Shown piece by piece: positions 40,970-52,900 of a stretch of DNA of 64,000 nt. Position 1 is the stretch's first letter, and each line of letters starts with the position of its first letter. Below the pieces are notes generated by a model that was not told the origin of the DNA, did no database searches, and worked only from the letters and a program-made list of their open reading frames with translations. The stretch comes from Gracilinanus agilis. Lineage: Eukaryota. A program made the translations under genes and the position numbers. The stretch covers positions 194,163,422-194,227,421 of the forward strand of contig NC_058133.1 of the NCBI RefSeq assembly GCF_016433145.1. Direction: 5' to 3'.

Positions 40970-42632
40970 CGACGCAGGCTCGGCCCCTCCCATTATCAGC
41001 GTAGGGGAGAGCCCATTCGAAGCCCCTCCCAGGCTGCCAGCACCACCCACCTTTTGCCTTTCTACCAACCCAAACCCTATTTCCCTTTCGTATCCTGCCG
41101 GAAACTGGGGCCACATTAGATATATTGTCTCGTTCCGATCCAAGAGCGACGGAAAATTTACCCCTCCCCTCTTAGGAAAGTGGTACAGTCCAAAGATGGT
41201 GCATAATGCGCTTGCTCATAAAGAGGGCCAGGCCTGTGGGTGTTGGGTATGTATGTGAGTGGCACGGAAGTGGCGAGAGAGGCCGCTGTCAGCGGAAATT
41301 AGGTCTAGTGAACTGCGCAGGCGTAGCGGAGGCCTGGGCGAGAGTGGGAAGAGGGACATTACGTGAATGGGCTGTCCTACTCCATGAAGTCTTCCAGAGT
41401 TCGGCGGAAGGGAACACCGGATATTCTTAGTTAAAAGTACACTAAGACTCTTGGGACACCTTGAATGCCATCTAAGGCTTTTTCCAGCGCCAAATCTGAG
41501 ATTTTTAGAAGACTTATCTTTTGCAGCATTCACCCCTCCCCCACCCTATTGAGAACAGCAATGGGAGTCTTGGGGAGAAACAAGCTATTTATTAAGCACC
41601 TAACTTGTATCAGACACTGTACTAGGTTCTTGCAACAGAAAAATAAAATAAGCAGACCCTGCCCTCAAGCAAGTTACATTCTGTTAGTACAAAACAATGC
41701 TTCAGAAGGTTCATTGGAAACCTCAGATTCAGAGGAAGGTTGGGACTAACATAAGTTTGAGAGAGCAAGGAAGGAAGTGGCTATCTGGCTCACTTAAGAT
41801 TAGAAGCACAGAGACGTTGAGTGGAGCCATAGGGTAGTAGATTTGTCTTGCTCTTCACAGCAGAGGTAATATTTTTTTAAAAAATAAGTTGTTTGTAATT
41901 TATTCTGTATTCAAGTTAGTTTGACACTTGAAGAATTTGTTGTATTGTACTTATATAAATCCTTTTTATATAATATTGAAATTTACAGCTACTAAGATGT
42001 GTATATATATAGAAAGAGAGAGTAGAAAAAAACTTAAGTTCTCTGGAAAGGTGATGCATGGGGTCCATACTGTAGAACCCTAATTAGGGAGGCAGGGGAG
42101 ATACCAAGATAATCAGTCCATTAGCATAGTATTACTGCTGTATGGTGGTGTATGTCCAAGAACCAAAAATTGACTTCTGGACCTTCAGTTTCTGAGAAAA
42201 AAGAAGAGAAAACAGAGATACAGAGATGTGCACTCTCTGATTCTGCCTGACAGTCAAGGCAAATGAATGGTTGATAAGAGTTCTAGGGCCAATCTGATTA
42301 TAGAGGGATGAGACAGGTTTGAAGATCAAATGAGATTTAGCACAAAATAGGTGCTTAATAAATGGACCTCCCTTATTTAACCAGTATTGAATAGATTATC
42401 TTCCCTAGGAGGAAAGGGAATACTGAAGAGTGTTGGTTCCTTGATTGATAGCTAGTATGGGAGAGCAATGATCCATATCTGTCAAAAGAATCACCAACAA
42501 AATTATAGATCCTTGAAATACTCCCTAATAGATTCCACCCTCAGATTCAAGACCTACCTCTTACCCATATATGAAGGTGACTTTGGACAAATCACCTAGC
42601 TACAAACATTCTAGGGCAGCAATACTCTAAGG

Positions 42633-42836
42633 CAGGGGTTTGCAACGCATGGCTCTTGAGCCACATATGGCTCTTTTGAGGGCCAGATATGGCTCTTTCT
42701 GCAGGAGCCATAAAGTCAATTTTTTTTCAGGTGCTGTTACAGGAGCGCGCACTGTGAGCACTGTACACCTCTCACGAAATTACGTTTTTAAAAATGTGGA
42801 GTTTATGGCTCTCACGGCCAAAGAGGTCAATCCCTG
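42633..42836. mobile_element. Non-autonomous hAT-Charlie MITE (204 bp)
   Basis: ends caggggtttgcaac / ggtcaatccctg, perfect 8-bp TSD ctctaagg (42625-42632, 42837-42844), subterminal atggctct repeats. Confidence 0.92.
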
Positions 42837-43599
42837 CTCTAAGGCTATAAGCTGAAGAGAAAATGATGATCTACATTAGCAGAAGGAGGTTCCATACATG
42901 GAATTCTCCCACATTGATAAAACAAGACATCTAGTTTATATTCCTCCTTGAAAACAGGGGCTTTGTTGATCTTTTTGTTTTGTTTTATTTTTAATCTTTT
43001 TGTCTGTAGAGTCTAGCAGGGGATCCACAAGGAAGAAACATTTCAGGGATTTCATTCAATTCAACAAATATTTATGTACAAGGCACAAGTAGAAGTAAAG
43101 GTTATACAAAGATGAACAGTGACAAACTCCCTCTTGTGATCCCATCAGCTAGAGGTAATTCTTAATAGGGAACTTCCCTCTATTGATGTAGATAGACAAT
43201 TCATCTATAAGAAGAAGCCTAGAAAGTTACCTGGGGCACCAGAAGGTTAAGTACATAGCCTAAGGCTTACTGAAGGGATGCAAGCCTTATCTCTCATTAG
43301 ACTCCGAGGCAGATTCCCTCTGCCTACTACTGGATACAGTTTATGAATTACATGTTACTTTAAATTAGGTTAAAATGATATATAACTTCAATAACATTTT
43401 TCTTCATACCTTATATGTTTTATATCACTTTAATACACTTACTGTTATACAAAAGGTTTTCTGTAGTTATATATTATCCTCGTAGCAGACATAGACTACT
43501 TGCTCCTTGAAAGCCAACATCTGTTATCTTATCCAAATGGTCTTTGTATCTTCCATCATGTCTTCTGCACATGGTAAGCACTTAAGATTAGTTAGGTGG

Positions 43600-43830
43600 C
43601 TCAGTGGATAGAGCACCTGGCTTGGAGTCAGGAAGATTACTTTTCCTGAACTCAAATCTGGCTTCAGATATTTATTAGCTATGTGAGCTTAGACAAGTCA
43701 TTTAACTGTTCCCCTCAGTTTCTTCATCTGTAAAATGAGCTGGAGAAAGAAATTGCAAACCATTTTAATTATCTTTGCCAAGAAACCCCAAATAGGGTCA
43801 TGATCAGTCAGATGTGACTGGATAATGGCA
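43600..43830 (+). mobile_element. MIR/Mar-like SINE
   Basis: ggtggctcagtggatagag head; cagtttcttcatctgtaaaatgagctggag. Confidence 0.8.
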
Positions 43831-44199
43831 ACAACAATCTGAAAGGAGAAAAGAAGATAGTCCCTACCACAAGAGAGCAATAAATCTCTGATTCCTTGAA
43901 GTATGAAAGAAAATGAGCAAAAATAATCCTTGTCTAAGTTTGCTTTTGGGGCTACTGTGAAGATAACTCAAAAGAATCATTGTTAAAGTTCTTTGAGATA
44001 CAAGAGGACCCAAAACAAGCAACATACCAGTAATGTAATGGTATAGTAGAAAACCCAACAGAGCTAGGGTCTCAAAACTTGGGTTCCAATCCCAAAGCTT
44101 TCCTATGTAACCTAAATTAAGTTGCTTTCTTTTTTGGAGTATCAGCTGTCTCAGCTGATCTTTGATAAGATACTTTTTCTTGAAGAATCCAAAGCTTCA

Positions 44200-44700
44200 A
44201 TTTGTTTGTTTTTTAATTAAATTTTATTTTAAGATCCATAATCTCTTCCTTATCCTACTCCTCTACCACCTGAGAAATCAAAAAAAGCAAAACCCTTGTT
44301 ACAAACATGTATAGTGTAGCAAATCCCCACATTCACCATGTCCTTTCCATCTTCTCCCTAATAGGTCTCAATTTATACTTTCTATCAAGTAGTAGATAAT
44401 ATGTTTCATCTGATTCTCTGGCACTCAGGTTAATCATTGTATTAATGAGAGATACTAAGTCTTTCAACATTGTTTATCTTCACAATATAGCTGTATTATA
44501 AAAATTGTTTTCCTGGTTCTGCTCACTTCACTCAGTATCATCAATTCATACAAGTCTTCACTGATTTCTTTGAAACTGTCTCTTTCACCATTTCTTACAG
44601 CACAACAGTATTTCATCATCTATGTATACAACATAACTTTTTCAGCCATTCCCCAATTGATGGGCATCCTGTCAGTTTCCAATTCTTGCCACCACAAAAA
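44200..44700 (-). mobile_element. L1 3' fragment
   Basis: ttttcagccattccccaattgatgggcatcc..ccaattcttgccaccacaaa. Confidence 0.7.
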
Positions 44701-44799
44701 AACTCACTAACAGCTTTTTCCTTTTTCCGCAAGCTACTCTCTCTTAAATGTCAACTTGGCAAGGAGGTCTCCAATGGATTTATGCTGTTTATTTTTTTA

Positions 44800-46150
44800 A
44801 AAATTTAGATAAAGGCATACATAGGTGACACATTCATCTGATTTGTATATGGTATAATTTGGGAAGAAATAAATGGCACCCTGAGTAATAGAATAAAAAT
44901 CCAAAGAGATCTTGACAAGGCCCCAGCACTAGGCTGAGTCTGGTAAGATGAAATTCACTAGGAATAAATGTACAGTTTCTCACTTGGGTTCAAAGTATCA
45001 ATTTCACAATAAAAGAAGTTAGGTAAGGCATATCTAGCCAGCTGTTTGTTTGGAAAAGATCTAGGGGCTTTAATTGATTACAAGCTCAATATGAGTCAGT
45101 ATCAAGACATGAAAACCAAAAAATATTAACATGATTTTGGGCTACATTAAGAGGCAGAGCTTTCTAGAATAAGGGGGTAATAGTTTCCACTTTTTCTGCC
45201 CTGGCCTGGTTATACTGTGTTCTGTTTTGGGTGTCATGTTTTTGTTTTTTAAAGCCCTTAGACTCTTAAAGTCTTAGAATCAGTACTAGCTATCAATTCC
45301 AAGCAAAAGAGCAGCAAGAGCTAAACAATTGGGGTTAAGTGCCTTGCCCAGAGTCACACAGCTGGGAAGTATCTGAGATAAGATTTGAACCCAGGACCTC
45401 CTATCTCTAGGTCCAGCTTTCTACCTACTAAGCCATCTAGCTGCTCCAATGCCATGGTTTTTGAAGAATATTAACAAGCTGGATACAGTTAGGATGGTTG
45501 TAGCCCTCAGTAGTGAGAGTAGGCCCCAATAAAATCAAGATTTTAAAAGGCTGTTATGTAGAAGAATGAATTATAAAGCATTTCTTTAGTATTTCTTATG
45601 TGCTAATCACAGTTCTAGAAGAGGGATTAGACATGATTTGTTTGGCCCCAAAGAGTTGAACCAAGATTAAAGGGTAGAATTTGCAAAGAGGCAAATTTGG
45701 GTTTGATTTCAGGGAAAACTTCCAAATAATTAAAGCTTTCCAAATATGGAACACATTTGTGTTTTTATTTTGGGATTCTGGTTTTACATGAGTATTCTCT
45801 TATAACAATGACCAATATGGAAATATGTTTTACATGATCATACATGTACTACCCAGATCAAATTGCTTGCCATCTTCAGGAGTGGGAAGGGAAAGAAAGA
45901 AGGGAGACAATTTGGATCTTATAAGTTCAGAAAAAGTATGTTGAAAATTGATATTACATATAATTGGGAAAATTAAATATTTAAAGGAAAAAAATGGGGA
46001 ATAGGCTGCCTCAGGTATGGGTGGATTCTCCCACACTGAAGATCTTCAAGTAGAGGCTGGAGATGGTCACTCATTAGATTTTCCTTTGGGTATTTCCATT
46101 GGATATTCCTTTCATGTATGGATTGATCTTCTCCCCCACTTAAAAAAATA
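44800..46150 (+). mobile_element. CR1/L3 LINE fragment with nested SINE (about 45245-45445) and L1 piece
   Basis: aagatgaaattcactaggaataaatgtac..gaaaagatctagggg..caagctcaatatgagtcag, RT-end text typical of CR1. Confidence 0.7.
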
Positions 46151-46529
46151 ATTCTGTGACTATGATTCAGTTATCACATATTTACTAATTAAATTAATCA
46201 GCTTTTATTAAGACTCTTTCATTTACATGAGATAATGTGCTAGGCTCTGAGGATTCAAAGATGACAAATCCCTGTCCTACAGTAGACTACAATCTAATGT
46301 AGATACAGACTTCAACATCTCTATAAATTAGTAGACAACCTTGAATAGTTTCTTTGATCCAAAAAAAAAAAAAAAAAAAACTCACTGACACCAATCTGGT
46401 AATGAACCTCTGGCATGCTTAGCTAGGTTGGACATCTAGCTTGGTAATCCTTGGACACCAGAAGCAGTCTCTGATAGGGACCAGGTTCCAAGTCTTTCCA
46501 GCTTAGCATCATTTTTCAGAACCTGTCCT

Positions 46530-46880
46530 ATGGGGCAGAGTCTTTGAGGCCTCTGAATGGTTGTTGTCCTTCATACTAGAGGTGGACCAAAATTTCATCA
46601 TCAGTGATGTCTTCTGACTTGTGCATAAATTGGATTTAAGTGAGGCAGAGTTACACAAATTAGTTGGCCTCGATGTCTCTTCCAGAGTCATCGAAGTCCA
46701 GGAACAAGACAAAAGTCCAAACAACCAATGATGGCTCAGGATGTGGTGGACAACCTTGGTTTTATCGATGGCTAACCATGCTCTAAGCATTCCACGATGC
46801 CTGTTTCAGCTGTCTTCATGAAGTTTGGAACAAATTGTTCTCATTCACCCCTTCTGCCAGGCAAAGTCTTCACATGCCTG
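46530..46880. mobile_element. RTE-related marsupial element fragment
   Basis: gttgttgtccttcat..ggatttaagtgaggcagag..ccagagtcatcgaagtcca. Confidence 0.5.
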
Positions 46881-48270
46881 GGATTAGACACCTTCATCTA
46901 AAAAGAATTTCTGTAGGGGATTAGAGGGTAGAAGAGGCAATGAAAACCAGGAGTGGGAAGCACTCTGCTATAATAGGAGTGATGGGCCTTGAGTCAGAAG
47001 TCTGGGAGCCCTGGATTTAAATCCTTCCTCTGATTCTTACAGTTACCATAGATAAGTTGTATAACCATTCTGAGTCTTGATCTCATTATCTGTAAAATGG
47101 AGATAACACCTGCAGCACTTATCTAGAAGTTGTTAGTAAGCTATAGCTATACCAACTTATAAACTTTACAGCTGTCCGCAAATGACAGTTATTTATTAAG
47201 ATAAAATAATAACTTATACTATGGATGCATATATAGCTTTGAAAGCCTTCTCTCTAGCCTCTAAACAACACTGCCAGGAGGGTAGTCCAAATATTACCAT
47301 CTCCATTTTACAGATAAGCAAACTGAAAGTCAAAGAAGTTACTCATTCAAGGTCACAAAACCAGAACACTATCAAACCCAGGTTTTGAGAACTTGGGCCT
47401 CTGACTTCAAATTAGGGGGCCCTTTCTAAGACACCAAACCACTTTTCATATACAAAAATGAGTGTGATACCAAATAGGATGTGATTGAGGTTTTTATTGT
47501 TCCTATTATGCCTCCCTATCTCCAGGAAAGGAAGGGTCACTAAGAGTAGTACCTGTATAATCCACTTACTAGCTAATCAAGACCTCATATAATGGTGGAT
47601 TGATTGCCGAATAAGCCAAATTTGGTCCAAGTTAACAAATACTTTTAAGTGTCAACTTATTGCCAAGCACAATGCTAGGCATTGGAGAGAGATACAAAAT
47701 AGAAAACAAAAACAAAAAAGAAAGAAGTATGTCCTGCCTATCTACTGAAATGGCAAGAACTATATTGAATAAATATTCTCCAACTCCCCATCCTTCCAAC
47801 TCAAATTGACTGAGCCTTGTTTAGGGCAAAGACACCCTGGAGAATCCTTTCCATCCACCACCTGTCTATCTTATCCTCTGGCCTTCTGGCTCCATGCCCT
47901 ATAGTAACAATTATTACTAAGGCTTCTACCTACATAGTTTACAAATATATCATTATTTATAATTGTTTTATTAATTTATAGATTAAATTATAAATACAAT
48001 ATGTTGATTTTATAAATTAATTTATAAAATTCTTTCCTATGAGGTAGTCAACCATATACTTCCCATCCTACCCTGCTTCTTCCTAAGTGGAGTGGTGTTT
48101 AGGGGCTCATAGCTGTCCTGCCCAAATCTGTGCCCCAAATCAAAGATCATTAGAGCATAAGATAAAGAGCTAGAAGAGATCTTAGAAATTATATAGTCTA
48201 GTCCTCATTTTATAGAAGATGAAGTCAAAGTATAGAAAGCTTAGATATTATCTTAAAATTAGTGAGTCTT

Positions 48271-48487
48271 GGGGCAGCTAGGTGGCTTGGTGGCTTGGTG
48301 GCTTGGTGGCTTGAGAACCAGGCCTGAAGACAGGTCCTGGGTTCAGATTTGGATCTCATGCAATTCCTAGCTGTCTAACCCTAGGTAAGTCACTTAACCC
48401 CCATTGCCTAGCTTTTACTGATCTTCTGCCTTGGAACCAATACCTGGTATTGATTCTAAGATAGAATGCAAAGGTTAAAAAAAAAGT
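48271..48487 (+). mobile_element. SINE1-like SINE with an internal (GGTGGCTT)4 expansion
   Basis: TSD-like ttagtga.tct flanks; A tail. Confidence 0.85.
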
Positions 48488-48554
48488 TAGTGAATCTGCC
48501 TCTGCCCTGCCACTTTCTTCAATCTTTATTCCCTCTTCTCATGCTCTCTACTTC

Positions 48555-48750
48555 TTTTTTTAAACCCTTATATTCCATCTTAAAATCATAGATATCCGTT
48601 CACAGGCAGAAGAGTGGTAAAGGCTAGGCAATGGGGGTTAAGTGACATGTTCAGGGTCACACAACTAGGAAGTATCTAAAGTTAGATTTGAATCCAAGTC
48701 TTCCAATTCCAGTCCTAATGCTCTATCCACTGTGCCACCCAGCTACCCCA
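48555..48750 (-). mobile_element. SINE1-like SINE
   Basis: T tail, aggctaggcaatgggggttaagtgac. Confidence 0.85.
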
Positions 48751-49099
48751 ACCCATCATTTTTTATTTGTGCCAACTAAGGTCCAAAGAGAGTGAGGGAC
48801 TTGTCAGGTAAGAACAGAAACATAATTCGAACTCACATCTTTGGATTCCGAATCTGATGCTCTTGAGAGAATTAGGGTTGTGCCTCCCCACCGTTCATCA
48901 AGGGACTAAGATATAAAGACTGAATGAGAAAGTTGGGGACTTAAGAAGGGGAAATGGGGAAAGCAGTAGGCTAGGAGATAGAGCTGGAGAGTGGAGAATA
49001 AATCTGAAATTCCTTTTGAATGATTCTCAGATATGAGGCTCTGCTTAGCCTGACCCCAAAGAAGAAGGTGCACACACACAGAGGCTAGACTGAGCCTTC

Positions 49100-49512
49100 A
49101 GTTGCTTTCCACCTGCCCCCCCTCCCCAGCCTCCCCAGCCAGGATGGGGGGCAGAGCTTGGCCAAGGGCCCTCATCTCTAGCTCAGCCCCACTAGCGCCA
49201 AGAGGGGCGTGTCTGCCTCCGGCTGCCTGCTCATTGTCTAGGAGAGGAGTTGGAGGTGGGGGGGAAGAGGGGAGTCAAGGGGAGGGGCTGGGAAGGAGGA
49301 GCAAGCTGGGTTGGGGCGGGGGAGATGCTGAGGCTCCCGGGGCGGAGGAGAAGTAGGAGGCGTTGGAAGGGAGGGAGGGAAAGGGGCATCTGGAGGCTGG
49401 GTGTCTCTTCTCTCCACTGGATTTTCCCATGAGCTGTGAGTGAGCCGGTTTGGGCTGGGCTGGGCTGGGCTAGGCTGAAGCTGGGGCTGGGGTGGGGTGG
49501 GGGGGCCTCTCC
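49100..49512 (+). promoter_or_regulatory. CACNB1 proximal promoter / 5'UTR
   Basis: G-rich with GC boxes (ggggcggg near 49313), immediately upstream of exon 1; (TGGGC)4 and G-run arrays. Confidence 0.65.
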
Positions 49513-49596
49513 ATGGTACAAAAGACCAGTATGTCTCGGGCCTCTTATCCACCCACCCAGGATATCCCGATGGAGGTCTTCGACCCCAGCTTACAG
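49513..49596 (+). CDS. CACNB1: CACNB1 exon 1 ([28 protein letters not shown])
   Basis: tccATGG; CAG|gtaagc donor, phase 0. Confidence 0.95.
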
Positions 49597-49942
49597 GTAA
49601 GCTATGGGGTGGGAGATGGCCGGCTGGCAGAGATGGGGGGAGGCTGGTGGGGAAAGAAGGCAAGCAGGGAGCCGGGAGAGGTTCAAAGGGACCTCTTTGA
49701 AAGACCTCGGGAGCTCTGGCCAACAGGAGAGAGGATGCCAGGGAAGAAGGAGTTAAGCCCTAAGGAGCTGGGGGGGGTGCTGTTCCATGCCTCCCCCATA
49801 CCTGATGGGTTAATGATTGATGGCTGATTGGCACTGAGGCAGCTAGATGCAGAGGTGGGGAGACTAGACAGGGGCTTGATAGCAAGGGTCCCTGCTGTTC
49901 ACCTTCTTTCCTCCTGGTGCCCTGACCATTCTGACTACAGGC

Positions 49943-49986
<44 letters not shown>

Positions 49987-52900
49987 GGGGGTGGGGGGGT
50001 GATCTTTCTATAGGTGGCCCAAAGGGCTGATTTTTAAATCTACAGGATTGGCTTGGGGTGAGGAAGAAATAGGAAGGGAGGCTGGAGAGGAAGTTGGTGT
50101 AGAGGGAGGTAGCTTTCTAGGGGAACCAGGCATGAGGATGAGGAGGATGCTCTAGAGACAGCAAAAGCAATGGGTGAGGCATTGGTGGAAGGGCTGAGGA
50201 CAGTGTCAACAAGACACCAAACCTCTGGGTGGCTGAAGGTAGGGCAGCTAGGGAGTAAGTTGCTGCCAAGGGACAGGCACTCAGGGCAATGGAGGCCCCA
50301 AACCAGGGGAATGGCACAGGAATCAGCATTACCAGGCCATTTCAGATCTTGACTAGGGATTATTCTGCTTTTCCCACTGGCTAACTCTAGACAAGAGCAT
50401 CCCCCACCACCTTTACCCCAAACCCTGCCCCCTAGATATAGACTACTCCAATACAGACTTGCAATTTCCTAGAGCCTTAAAAGGCACCCCAAAGTTTGAA
50501 AAGTTGGGTGAATGCCAACCCATATGGGGATAGGAAGAACAATACCACCTGAGGGGGAGTACTTCTGACACGCTCCCCACCTTGCACACATTCATGTGCA
50601 TTTATCTGAGTTTTGCTACCAAGTTGCCCCCCAAAAGTGAGACATTCCCTGATGTGATATAGACCCACAATCTGGACGGTGGGGCACGAGGTAGCAATAC
50701 TAAGCTGAGCAGCTACCAGGACTAGGAATTTCCCTATTTCAGCCCTGAACCCAGTGATAATTGCCTCTTCCCATCCTGCTCCCCAGGCCTCTAAAACATA
50801 GAAGGTGGTGGTGGAGGTAACATTAACCTCTCCCTTGCTGTCTGCCTCCAGGAAATACTTTGTGGGAATGTGGCTCAATGGGTGTGAGACCTAAAAATAT
50901 CCCCCACCTCCCACCCCAGGCCCCTTGGAGCCAAGAGGCAGCTGGCTTGGGCCTTCTCCTCAGCTGTCCCCTGTCTTTCCTCCATGCCACTCCCTACTTC
51001 CCTTGCCTTCAGTGGGGGTGGGGAATAAGTCAGGGAGCAGGTGAGGGGTTCCTCCTATTAACTCACTGTGTGACCTTGGGCAAGTCAGCTTTCCTCTCTG
51101 AGCTTCATTTCCCTCATCTGTAACATGAGAAGGGTGGATTAGATGTTCTTTAAGGTTCCTTCTAGCTCTGAAATTCTGGGTACAATTCCTTCCACCTCCC
51201 TCCCTCTCTAGGCTTATCCCTGGAGCGAGGTCTCTTTGGAATGGTGCTGGTAGTTGGGGGTGGAGTACTTTGAGTCCCAGAGCTTCTTTAGGGAGTTTCT
51301 AGATGCTCCTTCCCCCTAAATACCACCCCCTCCTCCTTGGGACTTACTATCTCAACACATTAGTTCCCTCCCCCTTTAAATTCAGAGGTTAAAGTTATAG
51401 AATCATAGACTTAAAATTCCAGGGACCTTAGAGGTCTAGAGGATCAAGGTTCAAATCTGCCCCCAGACACTTCCTAGCTGTGAGACCCTGGGCAAGTTAT
51501 TTAACCCCATATACTTAGCCTTGTTGCTTTTCTGTCTTAGAACTGATGCTAAAACAGAAGGTACTTTAAAAAAAGAGGTCAATGATTCCAGGTTCATCAT
51601 TTTACATGTGAGGAAATGGAGGCCCAGAAAGGTTAAGTGACTTGCCCAGTGTCACATATCTGGTTAGTGTCTGAGATAGGATTCAAATCCAGGTTTTCCT
51701 GACTCCAGCTAAGTTTGTATAACCTTATGACCTGTCCAGAGGTAGATGGGATAGTATCATCCCTCTTTGGGGCAGCAAAGGCCAGAGCAGGGGAGGGATT
51801 TGGATTTATTGAAGGTAGGTTAAGAGGAGAGTTTTAGATTAGTCCCAGTTTGGGAAGGGGAGAGAGAAACCCTCTTACTCCCCAAAGTGGTCATGTTTCC
51901 CACACCAAGTTTGTGACCACGAGGAAGTCTTAGCCCTAAATGAGCCATCTCATGCCCCCTCCATAGTAATGGTTTTGTGTGTGTGTGTTTTTTAAAACCT
52001 TTACCTTTTGTCTTAGTGTCAATTCTAAAACAGACAAACAGCAAGGGCTAGGCAGTCAGTGACTTGCCCAGGATCACACAGCAGGGAAGTGTCTGAGGCC
52101 AGATTTGAACCCAGGTCCTCCCAACTCCAGACCTGATACTATATCCACTGTGCTACCTAGCTGTACCTCATACTAGTATTTTTTTTTAATTAAAAAAAAT
52201 TTTTTTTTAATTTTTACCTTCCATCTTGGAGTCAATATTGTACATTGGCCCCAAGGCAGAAGCGTGGTAAGGGTAGGCAATGGGACCTTGCCCAGGGTCA
52301 CACAGCTGGAAAGTGTCTGAGGCCAGATTTGAACCTAGGACCTCCCATCTCTAGGCCTGGTTCTCAATCCACTGAGCTACCCAGCTGCTTCCTCTCATAC
52401 TAGTAGTGATGGGATTCTGTTTTCCAACTGGTTCAGATCTAGATAGAGGACCAAGGGGAGAGGAGACATTTTGTATGACATGAGAGATGATGACATGTTG
52501 GGCAACATGAAAGGAGAAATGAAAAACGATTTTGAAAGTTGTATTAAAGGTAGCATGAGGTGTAGGTTGGGAAATTTTGTTTCTTATGGAGAAAGGTGAG
52601 TCCAGGAGGTGTGGTGGGGGTGGGATTGTACTGAGGACTTGTCGAAGCCAGTGGATGGAGGGCCTGGTAATTGAGGATCAGAGGGGAGGAATGTTACCAA
52701 TGGAGGTGGTGCCCCAGCTGGCTTGTTTATTTTCTAACTGGCCCCATACCTCCTCTTCTTGTGGGAGGATATAGAGGGAATATTTGTTGTTCACTAGTGG
52801 TTAGGATTTTTCATATCCCCCGTTCCCTGTTTTGTTCCCAGGTCCAGATCCCTGGTTCTCCTGTACCCCTTCCCCCTCAAATTCCTGATTGCATCTCTAA

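Noticed and set aside
49185-49215. CTCF-like motif near the CACNB1 promoter (also near 55132)
   Set aside because: Only half of the core matches
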